A stretch of DNA of 64,000 nucleotides from Desulfosudaceae bacterium (GTDB taxonomy: Bacteria > Desulfobacterota > Desulfobacteria > Desulfobacterales > Desulfosudaceae). Under the pieces are notes generated by a model that searched no databases, had not been told where the DNA came from, and saw only the letters and a list, made by a program, of their open reading frames with translations. A program made the translations under genes and the position numbers. The DNA lies in the NCBI GenBank assembly GCA_963674745.2, contig CAXXDV010000003.1, positions 1,568,001 to 1,632,000 on the forward strand. Reading direction: 5' to 3'. Positions 10,492 to 21,146 of the stretch are shown in pieces (positions within the stretch are counted from its first letter, which is position 1; every line of letters starts with the position of its first letter).

Positions 10492-10573
10492 AATACCTCC
10501 TTTTAGTTATCTCCCTACCCCCAATATTTCATGAATTTTTCCGACAAAAGGGAATAAACATATACATAACAGT

Positions 10574-10598
10574 AATTCCGGTGCCAGTATACCTAATT
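10574..10598 (+). repeat. Family C REP (single arm)
   Basis: aattccggtgccagtatacctaatt; contains the stop of the 10593-10970 ORF. Confidence 0.8.
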
Positions 10599-10970
10599 CA
10601 AAAACAATTCGGCATTTACGGATACTTCTCCATCACAGGCGATGATGCCTCTTTTTATCAAGTAAATGACACACGCCAGCATGGAGCGCTGGGCAGCCGG
10701 GTGCAGAAAATCAGGAACATCACTATATAGATCAGCTACCATCCCGGAGATGGTGTTTGGGCCTTTTGCCAGTTCATCCAATATTTGCTGCTCACGTTTT
10801 TTGCGATGTACGAGAAATGATTCGACATAGTTTTTGGTGTCCCGGATGCCGGGACCATGGGCGGGCCAGTAGTAAATGTCGTCTCTGTGCAGCAGCAGGT
10901 CCAGGCTGTTTATATAGTTTTCCATGTTTCCCGAAGGGGGGGATATGACAAAAGGTATATCACCTGTCAT
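10593..10970 (-). pseudogene. C-terminal fragment of an MBL-fold hydrolase (LACTB2-like)
   Basis: VISPPSGNMENY, PAHGP, HRKKREQQI; the HxHxDH half is missing. Confidence 0.7.
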
Positions 10971-11024
10971 GAACGTCTCCTGTATGGATCCCGGTTACCC
11001 ATGGACCTTTCATTCTAACCGCTG

Positions 11025-11693
11025 CTACCGCCAGGCAAAATGGGGCTGGTCATAATGATCCACCCGTTTATTTTTTCCTAAAATCGCCACTTCCCGGAAT
11101 TGATAAATCATCGCCGCTGTGGGTGCTGCAATGAAATTGTTACCAACAGGCATAATCAAAGCCGGATGATCGCTTTCGGGAATCGGCTGCAGAATGGGTG
11201 AATCCGGGCGCATGAATTCAGCCAGGGGAATACGATGAATCGACGCAACCTCTTCGGGATTGGCCGTCAGTGTAAGGCCGGTACCGCCCCATACCACGAC
11301 CGGGGAAATGGTGAATCCCGATCTCGTGCTGTAGTCATCCAGGCGCCCGATAATCCGATCTTCACCAAGCTTCAGCCCGACCTCTTCCTCAAGTTCCCTT
11401 AAGGCCGTATCTTCCGGACGTTCTCCCGCATCCATGCGGCCTCCGGGCAGTGCCCACTGGTGCGCATGTTTTCTGAGCGTTGTTGCCCTTTGCGTCAGGA
11501 TAAGGGCGGCATGACTTGCCCACGCTTCATGAAACGGGATATCATAGACTCCCGGATCATTTTGGACATCAACGACCGTAAGGGAAACCGCAGCGTTTCT
11601 GTAACCCGCTTTGTCATGCGTTCGTATGTCAAACCGTTTCAGGTTCGAAATAATCCGGTGCAGCAGGTTTTCATTGCAAATGAGCTGATTCAT
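11025..11693 (-). CDS. Nudix hydrolase (CoA pyrophosphatase-like)
   Basis: Nudix box GGRMDAGERPEDTALRELEEEVG; H..QWALPGG. Confidence 0.9.
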   Translation of the reverse strand: MNQLICNENLLHRIISNLKRFDIRTHDKAGYRNAAVSLTVVDVQNDPGVYDIPFHEAWASHAALILTQRATTLRKHAHQWALPGGRMDAGERPEDTALRELEEEVGLKLGEDRIIGRLDDYSTRSGFTISPVVVWGGTGLTLTANPEEVASIHRIPLAEFMRPDSPILQPIPESDHPALIMPVGNNFIAAPTAAMIYQFREVAILGKNKRVDHYDQPHFAWR

Positions 11694-11740
11694 ATGTCTT
11701 TTTGACTGGTTCGTCTTCATTAAGAAAGTGGTAAGAAAGT

Positions 11741-11810
11741 GGGGACGCCTATGATTTTATGCGTTTCTTCAGCACTACGGGGAGAAACGCATAAAATCAT
11801 AGGCGTCCCC
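11741..11810 (+). repeat. Family A REPIN (perfect 28-bp inverted arms, 14-nt loop)
   Basis: ggggacgcctatgattttatgcgtttct-tcagcactacgggg-agaaacgcataaaatcataggcgtcccc, flanked by aaagt and ttatccc. Confidence 0.92.
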
Positions 11811-12783
11811 TTATCCCTTTTATACTTTCTATCCATCTGGGCGTCTCTGCAAAAAACGTATCCACAATCCGTTTGAACTGATCCGGATTTTTGGCTTTTT
11901 TAATTTTTTTATAAATTTTCCCGCCGTCTTCAAATGAGCAGGAGAAATAATTCCAGTAGCCTTTCATTTTATCTAAAAGATGCGATGGGCCACTTAAAAT
12001 CATGCTGTACCGGTAAACCAGCTCATCGTGAAACTTTTTAAAAACCATCGTCTTATCCTGAATCGTATCCTTGTCCTTTTTGATTATGTCGGGAAGAAAC
12101 GGATTGGATAGTGCAAAGCGGCCGATCATCCAGCGATCGACTGTGGGAAATCTTGCAGATAGAAATCGGAATGTTTCGAGGTTTTCTATGTTGCCGTTGT
12201 ATACAACCCGGTGATCAGAAAGCTCAAGGCATTTCTCAAAAATATCGAGATCCGGTTCTCCCTCATACCGTTGTATGCCGATTCTCGGGTGAATGATAAT
12301 CTCTGAAATGGGATGGTGATTGAAAAGAGGGATCAGGTTCAGAATATCCGAACTGTTTTTCCATCCGGTACGTGTTTTTATTGACAGCCGGTTTGGAATC
12401 GCCGGGATAACTTTATCCAGAAACGAATTGATCTCTTTCGTATATGGAAGAAACCCGGAACCTCGCTTCTTTTTGGCGACGATGGGAAAGGGACAGCCGA
12501 GATTCCAGTTCACTGTGTCATATCCCAGATCGAATAAAACAGAGGCAAGCTGAATGAAGCCATCAGGATCATTGCTCAGGATCTGGGGGATAACAGGCAT
12601 GCCAGAATTGTTTTCAGGAAGTATATCCTTAATGTGGGATCTACCGATCTGCTTTGCCTTCACAGAGGCGATAAAAGGTGCAATAGCCAGATCAAATCCA
12701 GTGAAATATTCAGAGAAAAGGTTTCTGTAAAGCGAATTTGTAAATCCCTGGATTGGAGCAAGATAAAGTTTGATTTTTTTCAT
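11797..12783 (-). CDS. tRNA-dihydrouridine synthase family protein
   Basis: LAPIQG, NWNLGCP, IIHPR, YNG, MIGR motifs; stop lies inside the REPIN. Confidence 0.9.
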   Translation of the reverse strand: MKKIKLYLAPIQGFTNSLYRNLFSEYFTGFDLAIAPFIASVKAKQIGRSHIKDILPENNSGMPVIPQILSNDPDGFIQLASVLFDLGYDTVNWNLGCPFPIVAKKKRGSGFLPYTKEINSFLDKVIPAIPNRLSIKTRTGWKNSSDILNLIPLFNHHPISEIIIHPRIGIQRYEGEPDLDIFEKCLELSDHRVVYNGNIENLETFRFLSARFPTVDRWMIGRFALSNPFLPDIIKKDKDTIQDKTMVFKKFHDELVYRYSMILSGPSHLLDKMKGYWNYFSCSFEDGGKIYKKIKKAKNPDQFKRIVDTFFAETPRWIESIKGIRGRL

Positions 12784-12850
12784 TGGCGACTGCGAAATTC
12801 TAAACAGAATTATTCCGAAGCGTTTCGGATTTTTTCAAATAAACACTTTA

Positions 12851-13000
12851 GGGCACCTATAAAAATTGCCTTTGGGCCCGATGCCGGCGTTGTGCTCCAA
12901 TTTTAATCCTCGATAGGGCACGGCACGCCCTGCCCCTACTGCGGTTAAAATTCTCGCACGCCTTGACCTCGAACCAAAATTCTATTTTTTAGAGATACCC
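12851..13000. mobile_element. MITE-like element (copy 2) with a nested GTAG-type palindrome
   Basis: Homologous to 8981-9122; centre replaced by tagggcacggcacgccctgcccctac (12914-12939). Confidence 0.8.
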
Positions 13001-13379
13001 TTTAATCTCTGGAAAGATAAAGTAATTGATTTAAAAAGGAAAGGCAAAAGGTGGGACTCCTAATTCCATTTCCGGTTCATCAAGAGGCAAAATCTCCTGC
13101 CAGATTACGCATCGACTTAATTGTCAAATTCGGGTATAAAATAAAATTTGGGAATTTTTGGGATTACATCAGGGGAATCCCATGCCATGACGTTTCGTGG
13201 AAACCGGCCGGATGTTTTTACCTTCTGTTAATCATGATGTTCGTTGGTCCGACCCAAACCAGTGTCATGTCAATCGAAAGTGTCGCTTAAAATTTGGATG
13301 GAAGGCTAAATCCTTCCGCTACAAGTGCATTCTTATGCCGTATAAGATTACTTTAACAGACCCTGTAAAGGAGGCAAAA

Positions 13380-16300
13380 ATGTCCGTACGGTCGTATCCC
13401 AGGTCAAAGGCGGTTCTGGTTGTTGCGTTTTCAATGTTCATGTCATTATGTATTCTGATCTCCCCGGGTGTGGTTCAGGCCGAAAACACAATCCAGTGGA
13501 CCAACGGCAATACAATAACCGATTACGCCACCAGTGACGGCAACCTGGTCACCGGTCACGACAACACCATAAGCAACGACAGCGATGACAATGCGGTCAG
13601 CGGCAATAACAACACCCTCAATGACAGCGATTACAATGCAGTCAGCGGCCAAAACAACACTGTTGATGGTGACAACAATCTGGTTTCCGGAAACACCAAC
13701 AGCGTCACCGGCGACAACAACGTGGCCCTCATGGGTGCAACGGTAACGGGCGACAACCTGATCGGCATGGGGTCCGGGGCCGTTGTCTCAGGAACCGACA
13801 GCGTTGCCATAGGCAACAACGCCCGGGCCACTCACGCAAATGCCGTGGCCCTGGGCGCCGGTTCGGTGACCGGCGCGGACAACACCGTGTCTGTGGGCGC
13901 CGCCGGCAGCGAACGCCGCATCACCAATGTCGCGGCCGGCGTCGATGACACCGATGCGGTCAATGTCGGCCAGATGAACACCACCCTGGGCGGTCTCATT
14001 GATGTCAACAATACAAGCGGATACGCCGATCCTTCGGCTACCGGTGATGATTCCGTAGCCGTTGGCCCTGGCGCTGTCGCCACTGGCACTAACAGTACCG
14101 CTACCGGCGTAAGCAGCACTGCCAGCGGTGAAGACAGCACTGCCAACGGTTATGGCAGTGAAGCCAGCAGCCGACAAACTACCGCTACCGGTGCTAACAG
14201 TACCGCCAGCGGCGATCACAGCACCGCCTATGGCTCAGGCAGTACCGCCAACGGCGATCAAAGTACTGCTACCGGATATTACAGTACCGCCAGCGGCATA
14301 AACAGTTCCGCATATGGCACAGGCAGTACCGCCAGCGGCTATGCCAGCACCGCCTATGGCACAGGCAGTACCGCCAGCGGTGAGGGCAGCACCGCTATCG
14401 GCATGAATAGCAGCGCCACCGCCGAATACAGTTCCGCCTTTGGCGTAGCGAGTCAAGCCACCGGCATTAACAGTACCGCTACCGGCACCCTCAGTACGGC
14501 CAGCGGCCAATCCTCCGTGGCCCTGGGGTATAACTCCGACGACGGAGGGCAAAGCAATGTGGTTTCCGTGGGGTCAGTTGGTAACGAGCGCCGGGTTATA
14601 AATGTCGCGGCCGGGATTGATGACACCGATGCGGTCAATGTCGGGCAGATGAATACCGCCGTCGCCAACACCCTGGCTTCGGCCAACACTTATGCGGAAA
14701 CGATTGGCGCTAACACTCTTGCTTCGGCCAATGCTTATACCGATACCAGTTCGGCTAACACCCTGGCATCGGCCAATGCCTATACGGATGGCCGTATTGC
14801 CATCAACAACACGGGCGGATACGCCGATCCTTCGGCCACCGGCAGTAATTCAGTTGCCGTCGGCCCGGGCGCTTTCGCCAGCAGCGAACAAAGCACCGCC
14901 ACCGGCGCTAACAGCACGGCCGACGGTTCATATAGTTCCGCCTTTGGCACAGGCAGTACCGCCAGCGGCATAAGCAGTACCGCTATTGGTTCCTATGACG
15001 TGTTTGGCGGTTATGCCACCGCCAGCTCGAGTTATACCACCGCCATTGGAGCGGGAAGCCACGCCACCAGCTCAGGTGCCACCGCGATTGGCGTTTACAG
15101 CCAGGCCACCGATACTTTCGCCACTGCAACCGGCGTTGACAGTTGGGCCACTGGTTATTACAGCACTGCCTCGGGCGGATACAGTTTGGCAAACGGTGAT
15201 CAAAGCACTACTACCGGCGCATTCAGTCAAGCAACCGCCCAAAGCACCACCGCCAACGGCGCATACAGCGAGGCCAGCGGCGCGTACAGTTCCGCATTTG
15301 GCAACGGCAGCACCGCCAGTGGCCAATCATCCGTAGCCCTGGGGTATAACTCCTCCGACGGGGGGCAAAGTAACGTGGTTTCCGTGGGGTCGGTCGGCAA
15401 CGAGCGCCGTATTATCAATGTCACAGCCGGTGTCGATGACACCGACGCGGTCAATGTCGGCCAGATGAACACCACCGCGGCCAATACGCTTACAACAGCC
15501 AACACTTATGCGGATACGGTGGGCACCAATACCCTGACGTCAGCCAACACTTATGCAGACACGGTCGGGGCCAATACCCTTGCCTCGGCTAATGCCTATA
15601 CCGATACCAGTTCGGCCAATACCCTTTCATCAGCCAACGCCTATACGGACAGCATCGCTTTTGCTTCTGTGTCAGCATCCTATGCCTACACGGACGCGGT
15701 TGCAGCCGGCACCCTGGACTCGGCCAATACTTACACGGATACGGTCGGGGCCAGGGCCCTTGATTCGGCCAATGGTTACACCGAGAATCGTATTGCCGAT
15801 TTTGTTGATGCCGACAACACCGGCGGTTATGCCGATCCGTCGGCCACCGGCCAGGACTCCCTGGCCGTGGGGCCGGGTGCGGTGGCCTCTGCTCCCAAAA
15901 CCCTGGCCGTGGGCATTAACGCGCAAGCAACCGGAACCAACGCCATTGCCATCGGCACCGGCGCCCTGGCCACCGGTTCCGTGGCGGTGGGAACCGACGC
16001 CACTGCCTCTAACGGCGGTTCGGCGGTGGGTGATTATGCCACGGCTACGGGCACCGCCGGCGCAGTATTGGGTAGAAACGCCACCTCCACGGGTAATAAT
16101 TCCGTGGCCATCGGATCCAATTCCACGGATAACGGCGAGGCCAATGTGGTTTCGGTCGGTTCGGCTGACAGCGAAAGAAGAGTCACTCATGTAGCTGCCG
16201 GCGTGGATGCCACAGACGCCGCCAATGTATACCAGGCACAGACTTTTGCATCTAACTCGCTTGCCACAGCCAGGGCCTATACGGACGACAGGATCAACGA

Positions 16301-16535
16301 TCTTGACCAAGAGGCCCACCGGGACATTGCCGGCGCTATTGCCATGTCCAGGTCGAGCATCCCCTTAAACCCGGGAGAATCCGGCATTGCCATGGGATTC
16401 GGCAACTCGCATGGTGAAAACGCGGTGGCCGTCTCCTTCCAGCATTACACCAGGCATAATATTCACGTGAACATCGGTACCAGCCTTGCCGGCGGACGCA
16501 TCCAGACCGGCGGTGGTATTGGCTTGAAGTTTTAG
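13380..16535 (+). CDS. Trimeric autotransporter adhesin (YadA-like)
   Basis: GGAGG RBS, signal peptide, 14-aa head repeats, four ERR..NV.AG.D.TDA.NV necks, TLASANAYTD stalk repeats, beta-barrel anchor ending in F. Confidence 0.9.
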   Translation: MSVRSYPRSKAVLVVAFSMFMSLCILISPGVVQAENTIQWTNGNTITDYATSDGNLVTGHDNTISNDSDDNAVSGNNNTLNDSDYNAVSGQNNTVDGDNNLVSGNTNSVTGDNNVALMGATVTGDNLIGMGSGAVVSGTDSVAIGNNARATHANAVALGAGSVTGADNTVSVGAAGSERRITNVAAGVDDTDAVNVGQMNTTLGGLIDVNNTSGYADPSATGDDSVAVGPGAVATGTNSTATGVSSTASGEDSTANGYGSEASSRQTTATGANSTASGDHSTAYGSGSTANGDQSTATGYYSTASGINSSAYGTGSTASGYASTAYGTGSTASGEGSTAIGMNSSATAEYSSAFGVASQATGINSTATGTLSTASGQSSVALGYNSDDGGQSNVVSVGSVGNERRVINVAAGIDDTDAVNVGQMNTAVANTLASANTYAETIGANTLASANAYTDTSSANTLASANAYTDGRIAINNTGGYADPSATGSNSVAVGPGAFASSEQSTATGANSTADGSYSSAFGTGSTASGISSTAIGSYDVFGGYATASSSYTTAIGAGSHATSSGATAIGVYSQATDTFATATGVDSWATGYYSTASGGYSLANGDQSTTTGAFSQATAQSTTANGAYSEASGAYSSAFGNGSTASGQSSVALGYNSSDGGQSNVVSVGSVGNERRIINVTAGVDDTDAVNVGQMNTTAANTLTTANTYADTVGTNTLTSANTYADTVGANTLASANAYTDTSSANTLSSANAYTDSIAFASVSASYAYTDAVAAGTLDSANTYTDTVGARALDSANGYTENRIADFVDADNTGGYADPSATGQDSLAVGPGAVASAPKTLAVGINAQATGTNAIAIGTGALATGSVAVGTDATASNGGSAVGDYATATGTAGAVLGRNATSTGNNSVAIGSNSTDNGEANVVSVGSADSERRVTHVAAGVDATDAANVYQAQTFASNSLATARAYTDDRINDLDQEAHRDIAGAIAMSRSSIPLNPGESGIAMGFGNSHGENAVAVSFQHYTRHNIHVNIGTSLAGGRIQTGGGIGLKF

Positions 16536-16550
16536 AATCCAACAACCGCC

Positions 16551-16628
16551 AACAACCGGGATCAGACCTGACGAACATGTTGATCTGATGCAATATACCC
16601 TTAAAAAACATCGAAAAATAAGGCTTAG
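16551..16628 (+). repeat. Family B element, left part
   Basis: aaccgggatcagacc...tgatct...cgaaaaataaggcttag, similar to 29684, 33622, 53450. Confidence 0.65.
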
Positions 16629-16632
16629 TAAA

Positions 16633-16672
16633 AAAGTGGGGACGTCTATGATTTTATGCGTTTCTTCAGCAC
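16633..16672 (+). repeat. Family A REP left end
   Basis: aaagtggggacgtctatgattttatgcgtttcttcagcac. Confidence 0.9.
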
Positions 16673-16821
16673 CCCCTGATGCCCCATACTACGAAAATAT
16701 ACCTAAGAAACATAACTTTATGTCAATATGTGTGGCTTTATCAAGCTTGACATGGTTATGGTTTAACCGGTAAATAAAAAAAGACAGTTAATATCATTTA
16801 GCGAAAGTATTAATACGTTTT

Positions 16822-17178
16822 ATGACACAACAGCGCAAATCCCTGTTCAAAGACAAGCTGGACCTGCCTAAAAAACCGGAAGAACGCATTGTTGCAGCGG
16901 TGGTTATCCCCATCATCCTGTATGTACTGTTTCGTGCGGAAAGGCTTTGTGCAGCATGGGAATTAAGTCAATGGTATGATATGCTGATCAAAATAGCCCT
17001 TCAGGAAGTTATTTACATCTTTTTCTCTGCATTCAGCCTGATCTTCATCTGGGCGCTGTTTTCACCCAAATGGGTTGAAGCGCTTTTAGATAAGATTTTC
17101 AGCCGCCTGGTTGCCTATTCCCTGATATTTTTTTTCGGGTGCGGCCTGTTTCTTTTGTTTCTGGAAATACAGGGCTGA
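16822..17178 (+). CDS. Small membrane protein (about 3 TM segments)
   Basis: 118-aa hydrophobic ORF between two family A sites. Confidence 0.65.
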   Translation: MTQQRKSLFKDKLDLPKKPEERIVAAVVIPIILYVLFRAERLCAAWELSQWYDMLIKIALQEVIYIFFSAFSLIFIWALFSPKWVEALLDKIFSRLVAYSLIFFFGCGLFLLFLEIQG

Positions 17179-17185
17179 CAAGGAA

Positions 17186-17217
17186 AAAGTGGGGACGTCC
17201 CCTTATCCCCTTATCCC
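17186..17217 (+). repeat. Family A minimal (collapsed) site
   Basis: aaagt-ggggacgtcccc-ttatcccc-ttatccc. Confidence 0.85.
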
Positions 17218-17610
17218 TCCCGTCCGGTTTATCATACAAGTCCATTTTTTCGGAAAACGGCATCTCTTTTTTTGATGAATCGAAAAATCTAAAAAAACTT
17301 TATTCTCACAACAGGTTAAACGGATGTTGTGACCTCTCGGGTCTTATGAAAGAGGACTTTGGATCTGCTCCCGGCCTTATATTATAATCCTTACTCAAGG
17401 AGATCGTTTATAATTATTAATCATATCAGGATAATATTAAATTCGGCATGTTTTTTGTATTATGACCAGCTAATTATCGGCATAACCTTGCGAAGAATGT
17501 CCGATGCCGTGAAAAAAAGATAGATTCATTAAATAATACCCATGCATTAAAGGTTAGCCATAACCTGACAAAAATTATATTAATATCAAGGAAGAAGGGG
17601 TAGTATTAAT

Positions 17611-19575
17611 ATGAATATGACCATTCGCAACAAGCTGTCTACGGGTATTCTAATTCAGGTCGTTTTTATCGCCCTGATCTGTTTCTTTCTGTTTTATCTG
17701 AACCGTTCGTTCAATCAGATATCCGATGCCAAACTCAGGAATACGGAACAAATCAACAAGATCAAATCGTTTACTTTGGGCATCAAGGATTATTTCAATA
17801 AAAGCCTTAGCTATGACCAGATGCAGAAAGATTTCAAACAAATGAAGTTTGATCTGGATAATGCGGTTCTGACGGATAACGTTAATGAGATCTGGAAGTT
17901 GCTGGGAGATATTGAAGAAAATCGTGCCCGGAACAAGACCATTGAATCCACACTTCTTGGTTTATGTGATCAGTCCATAGAGCAATCCTCGAATTTTATC
18001 AACAAACTGAGCCAGGCCCTGGCCGATGAAACCGCCCGCAAGGATGTCACCACGCTGGAGCGGCTGGTGATCAGCGGCGCCAATAACAACAATCTCTTTT
18101 ACGGCCGTATTAAAGTCCTGTTCTTAAAACTGACCAGTGAGATCACCGTAGAGAAAAAGCTGCTCGACCTGCTTGAGGCCGGCATGGAAAATGTCAAGAA
18201 AGATTATGAAAACCTGGCCAATACGCCCTATGCCGGTATGGCGCTGGCGGCCATGAAAGCCAATCAACAGGTTCAAGACCTGACCATTGATTATGTCGCC
18301 AACGTTAAGCAAGCCATTGAAATGCAATCGAACATAGAGCAGAAAACGGCTGAGCTGTCAACGCTGCTGAATGAAAAAGATATTGAAAGTACCAAAAACA
18401 GCTTTGCCTCCATTTCCACCATTTTTAGAAATGTGTTTATCGTGCTGCTGGCTGTTTCCATTATTTTAATTCTGATCAACTTAAATATTTCTTCATTGCT
18501 GAAGAATTTCATGGATGATTTCAGTGACCGCATCTCCGAACTCTCCGAAGGCCATTTATCGCTTACAACATCAAACCGTTATAAATTACGTAATGACGAG
18601 TTGGGACTCTTATATGGAAAACTGGAGCAGATGACGGAAAAGCTAAGGGAAGTGGTCTCCCAGGTCAAGAGCGCCGCGAACAATGTCGCCTCCGGCAGCC
18701 AGGAAATGAGCGCCTCGTCAGAGCAGCTTTCGCAGGGATCTACCGAACAGGCTTCCAATCTGGAAGAGATCACTTCCAGTATGGAAGAAATGGGCTCGAA
18801 TATCAATCAGAACGCGGATAATGCCACGGAAACCGATAAAATCGCCCGTCAGGCCTCTCTGGACGCGGAAGAAGGTGGACGCCAGGTCCAGGACACGGTT
18901 CAGGCTATGAGAGATATTGCAAATAAAATCAATATTATCGAAGAAATCGCCCGGCAGACCAATCTGCTGGCTTTGAATGCCGCCATTGAAGCGGCCCGGG
19001 CCGGTGAAGCCGGTAAGGGCTTTGCGGTGGTCGCGGCCGAAGTGCGCAAGCTGGCCGAACGTAGCGGGCAGGCAGCCAAGGAAATCGGCGAGCGTTCCGT
19101 GAGCAGTGTGGACGTGGCTGAAAAAGCCGGACGCATGCTGGAAAAGATGCTGCCGGATATTCACAAAACCGCGGAGCTGGTCCAGGAAATCAGTGCCGCT
19201 TCCAAGGAACAGACATCCGGTGCCGACCAGATCAACCGGGCTATTTCCCAACTGGATCAGGTGGTGCAGCAAAATGCCTCGTCAGCCGAGGAAGTCTCTT
19301 CCACGGCTGAAGAATTATCGGCCCAGGCCCAACATCTTCAGCATATCATCGGTTTTTTCACCATCGACGAATCCGGATCCGGTAAACGTTCGGGCATACA
19401 GAACGTGAGCAACTACGGCAATCGTCATCAAAACGTTAAATCAGCACCCATGAACCGTTTACTCGCTGAAAATGGCGGCCCGGCCCGAAGATCCTACGAT
19501 CGACCGACGGATGATGTTAATGATGAGCCGTTTCTGCTCGACAACGACCGGGATGAAGACGTGCAGCGTTATTAA
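17611..19575 (+). CDS. Methyl-accepting chemotaxis protein
   Basis: Two TM segments, [34 protein letters not shown] signature. Confidence 0.95.
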   Translation: MNMTIRNKLSTGILIQVVFIALICFFLFYLNRSFNQISDAKLRNTEQINKIKSFTLGIKDYFNKSLSYDQMQKDFKQMKFDLDNAVLTDNVNEIWKLLGDIEENRARNKTIESTLLGLCDQSIEQSSNFINKLSQALADETARKDVTTLERLVISGANNNNLFYGRIKVLFLKLTSEITVEKKLLDLLEAGMENVKKDYENLANTPYAGMALAAMKANQQVQDLTIDYVANVKQAIEMQSNIEQKTAELSTLLNEKDIESTKNSFASISTIFRNVFIVLLAVSIILILINLNISSLLKNFMDDFSDRISELSEGHLSLTTSNRYKLRNDELGLLYGKLEQMTEKLREVVSQVKSAANNVASGSQEMSASSEQLSQGSTEQASNLEEITSSMEEMGSNINQNADNATETDKIARQASLDAEEGGRQVQDTVQAMRDIANKINIIEEIARQTNLLALNAAIEAARAGEAGKGFAVVAAEVRKLAERSGQAAKEIGERSVSSVDVAEKAGRMLEKMLPDIHKTAELVQEISAASKEQTSGADQINRAISQLDQVVQQNASSAEEVSSTAEELSAQAQHLQHIIGFFTIDESGSGKRSGIQNVSNYGNRHQNVKSAPMNRLLAENGGPARRSYDRPTDDVNDEPFLLDNDRDEDVQRY

Positions 19576-19702
19576 GTTTAAGGGTATTTCTGAAAATTTG
19601 ATTTTCCAGGGTCTCGTGGGTTTATCCGGAAATGTGCCGGATGATGCACACGCCGGCCCTGATATTTCACCAAATATCGGGCTACAGCCAGCGCTTTAAA
19701 GG

Positions 19703-19739
19703 AAAGTGGGGACGTCCCTATTATCCTACCTATTATCCC
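19703..19739 (+). repeat. Family A minimal site
   Basis: aaagtggggacgtccc-tattatcc-tacc-tattatccc. Confidence 0.8.
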
Positions 19740-19877
19740 ACTTTTGCCGGTTGCCCCCGGTTTTTATTGCATCCGTAACAGATTTAAGAGAGGAATTGAC
19801 TCCCAGGCAGATTTTCGGTTTAATATCGATGGAAATAAAATCCATGTAGAAATCCACCCATCCTAACAGGAGGTAAC

Positions 19878-21146
19878 ATGTCGACTCAGGCCAACAAGAT
19901 CCAGACGTACAGATTTGAATACGATATTCCTGAAAATCCCGCAGATTTCAACCCTGCGGACTTTGTTGAGAAAGCGATATCCTGGGTGAAAAGCCTGGTG
20001 AAGCCGGGTGAGAAGATCGCTCTCTCCGCATCCGGGGGAGTTGACAGTACGGTCGCCGCGTTTCTCCTTGATCGTATCGTCGGCAAAGATCTTCATGCAT
20101 TCTTCATCGAAGACGGTTGCCGTCGCCTGATAAACGATAAACCCGAGGGAGAAGTCACGCGTAAAATCTTCAGCAAACTGAATTTCGAGGTCCTGGAGGT
20201 CAGGGACGAGATTCTCCCGCCGCTGGTGGGGCTTTCCGACGGTGAAGAGAAACGCAAGACGTTCATCGGCAACTACAGGAAAGTATCAGACAGGCATATC
20301 GCTCAGTTGGGTGCCTCCTGGATTGCAGACGGCACGATCGCACCGGACATTATTGAAACCGAAGGTGGCTTCAAAAGCCAGCATAATGTAGGCTGGAATT
20401 ATTCTGTCGGGAAGATCGAGCCGTTGGCGTCACTCGCGAAACCTCAGGTCAGGAAGGTCGGAGAGTACCTTGACCTTCCTCCGTCATTCACGCACCGGAT
20501 TCCTTGCCCGGGTCCCGCGCAAATTATCAGAACTGTAGGTGAATTCAACGAAGAGAAACTCCGTATTGGCCAACTCGCGTCCGACATCATCGAACAGGAG
20601 ACTGAGAAATATTACACTGAGAAACACGGTACCCCCTACCTTTACGACGAAACTACCGGCATCCGGACGCCCTTTCAGTACTTCGGAATGGCTCTTGACC
20701 CGCACATGGAACCCGACCAGGCCCTGGCAGATCTGGCGAACAGCATCCTCGGCGCGAACGCTGAATGCTTCAAGATGAATAGCCGAACGACGGTCGTCCC
20801 CGAAGAGGGAACGCGCCCCGAGGTCCCTATTTACAAACCTGTCTCCTGGATAAAGATCGACGGCGATATCGATTATGATAAGCTGAATACACTCTGTGTC
20901 GATGCATGGAAAAAACTTGAGCTTCCGCGCATTCTTCTCGAGATTTGCGCGAACAATGCGCCGAAAACCAGTTATGTTGTCGGCATGCGGGCGGTCGAGA
21001 GCGTGGCCGCAAAGCTGGCGCACCCGGTCAGGATAGATGAGGTCGCGCTCCTTGAGATGGGCAAAAAGATTGCCTCGCACACCGGCGCGTCGAGGGTAGC
21101 GTACGATATCAGCATCAAGCCACCGGCAACGATCGAATTCGAGTAG
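19878..21146 (+). CDS. GMP synthase ATP-pyrophosphatase/dimerisation subunit-like protein, no glutaminase domain
   Basis: SGGVDS PP-loop, KSQHNV, PCPGP, C-terminal KPPATIEFE. Confidence 0.85.
   Translation: MSTQANKIQTYRFEYDIPENPADFNPADFVEKAISWVKSLVKPGEKIALSASGGVDSTVAAFLLDRIVGKDLHAFFIEDGCRRLINDKPEGEVTRKIFSKLNFEVLEVRDEILPPLVGLSDGEEKRKTFIGNYRKVSDRHIAQLGASWIADGTIAPDIIETEGGFKSQHNVGWNYSVGKIEPLASLAKPQVRKVGEYLDLPPSFTHRIPCPGPAQIIRTVGEFNEEKLRIGQLASDIIEQETEKYYTEKHGTPYLYDETTGIRTPFQYFGMALDPHMEPDQALADLANSILGANAECFKMNSRTTVVPEEGTRPEVPIYKPVSWIKIDGDIDYDKLNTLCVDAWKKLELPRILLEICANNAPKTSYVVGMRAVESVAAKLAHPVRIDEVALLEMGKKIASHTGASRVAYDISIKPPATIEFE

Noticed and set aside
13197..13379. N-terminal extension of the autotransporter ORF
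   Set aside because: The RBS and signal peptide point to ATG 13380.
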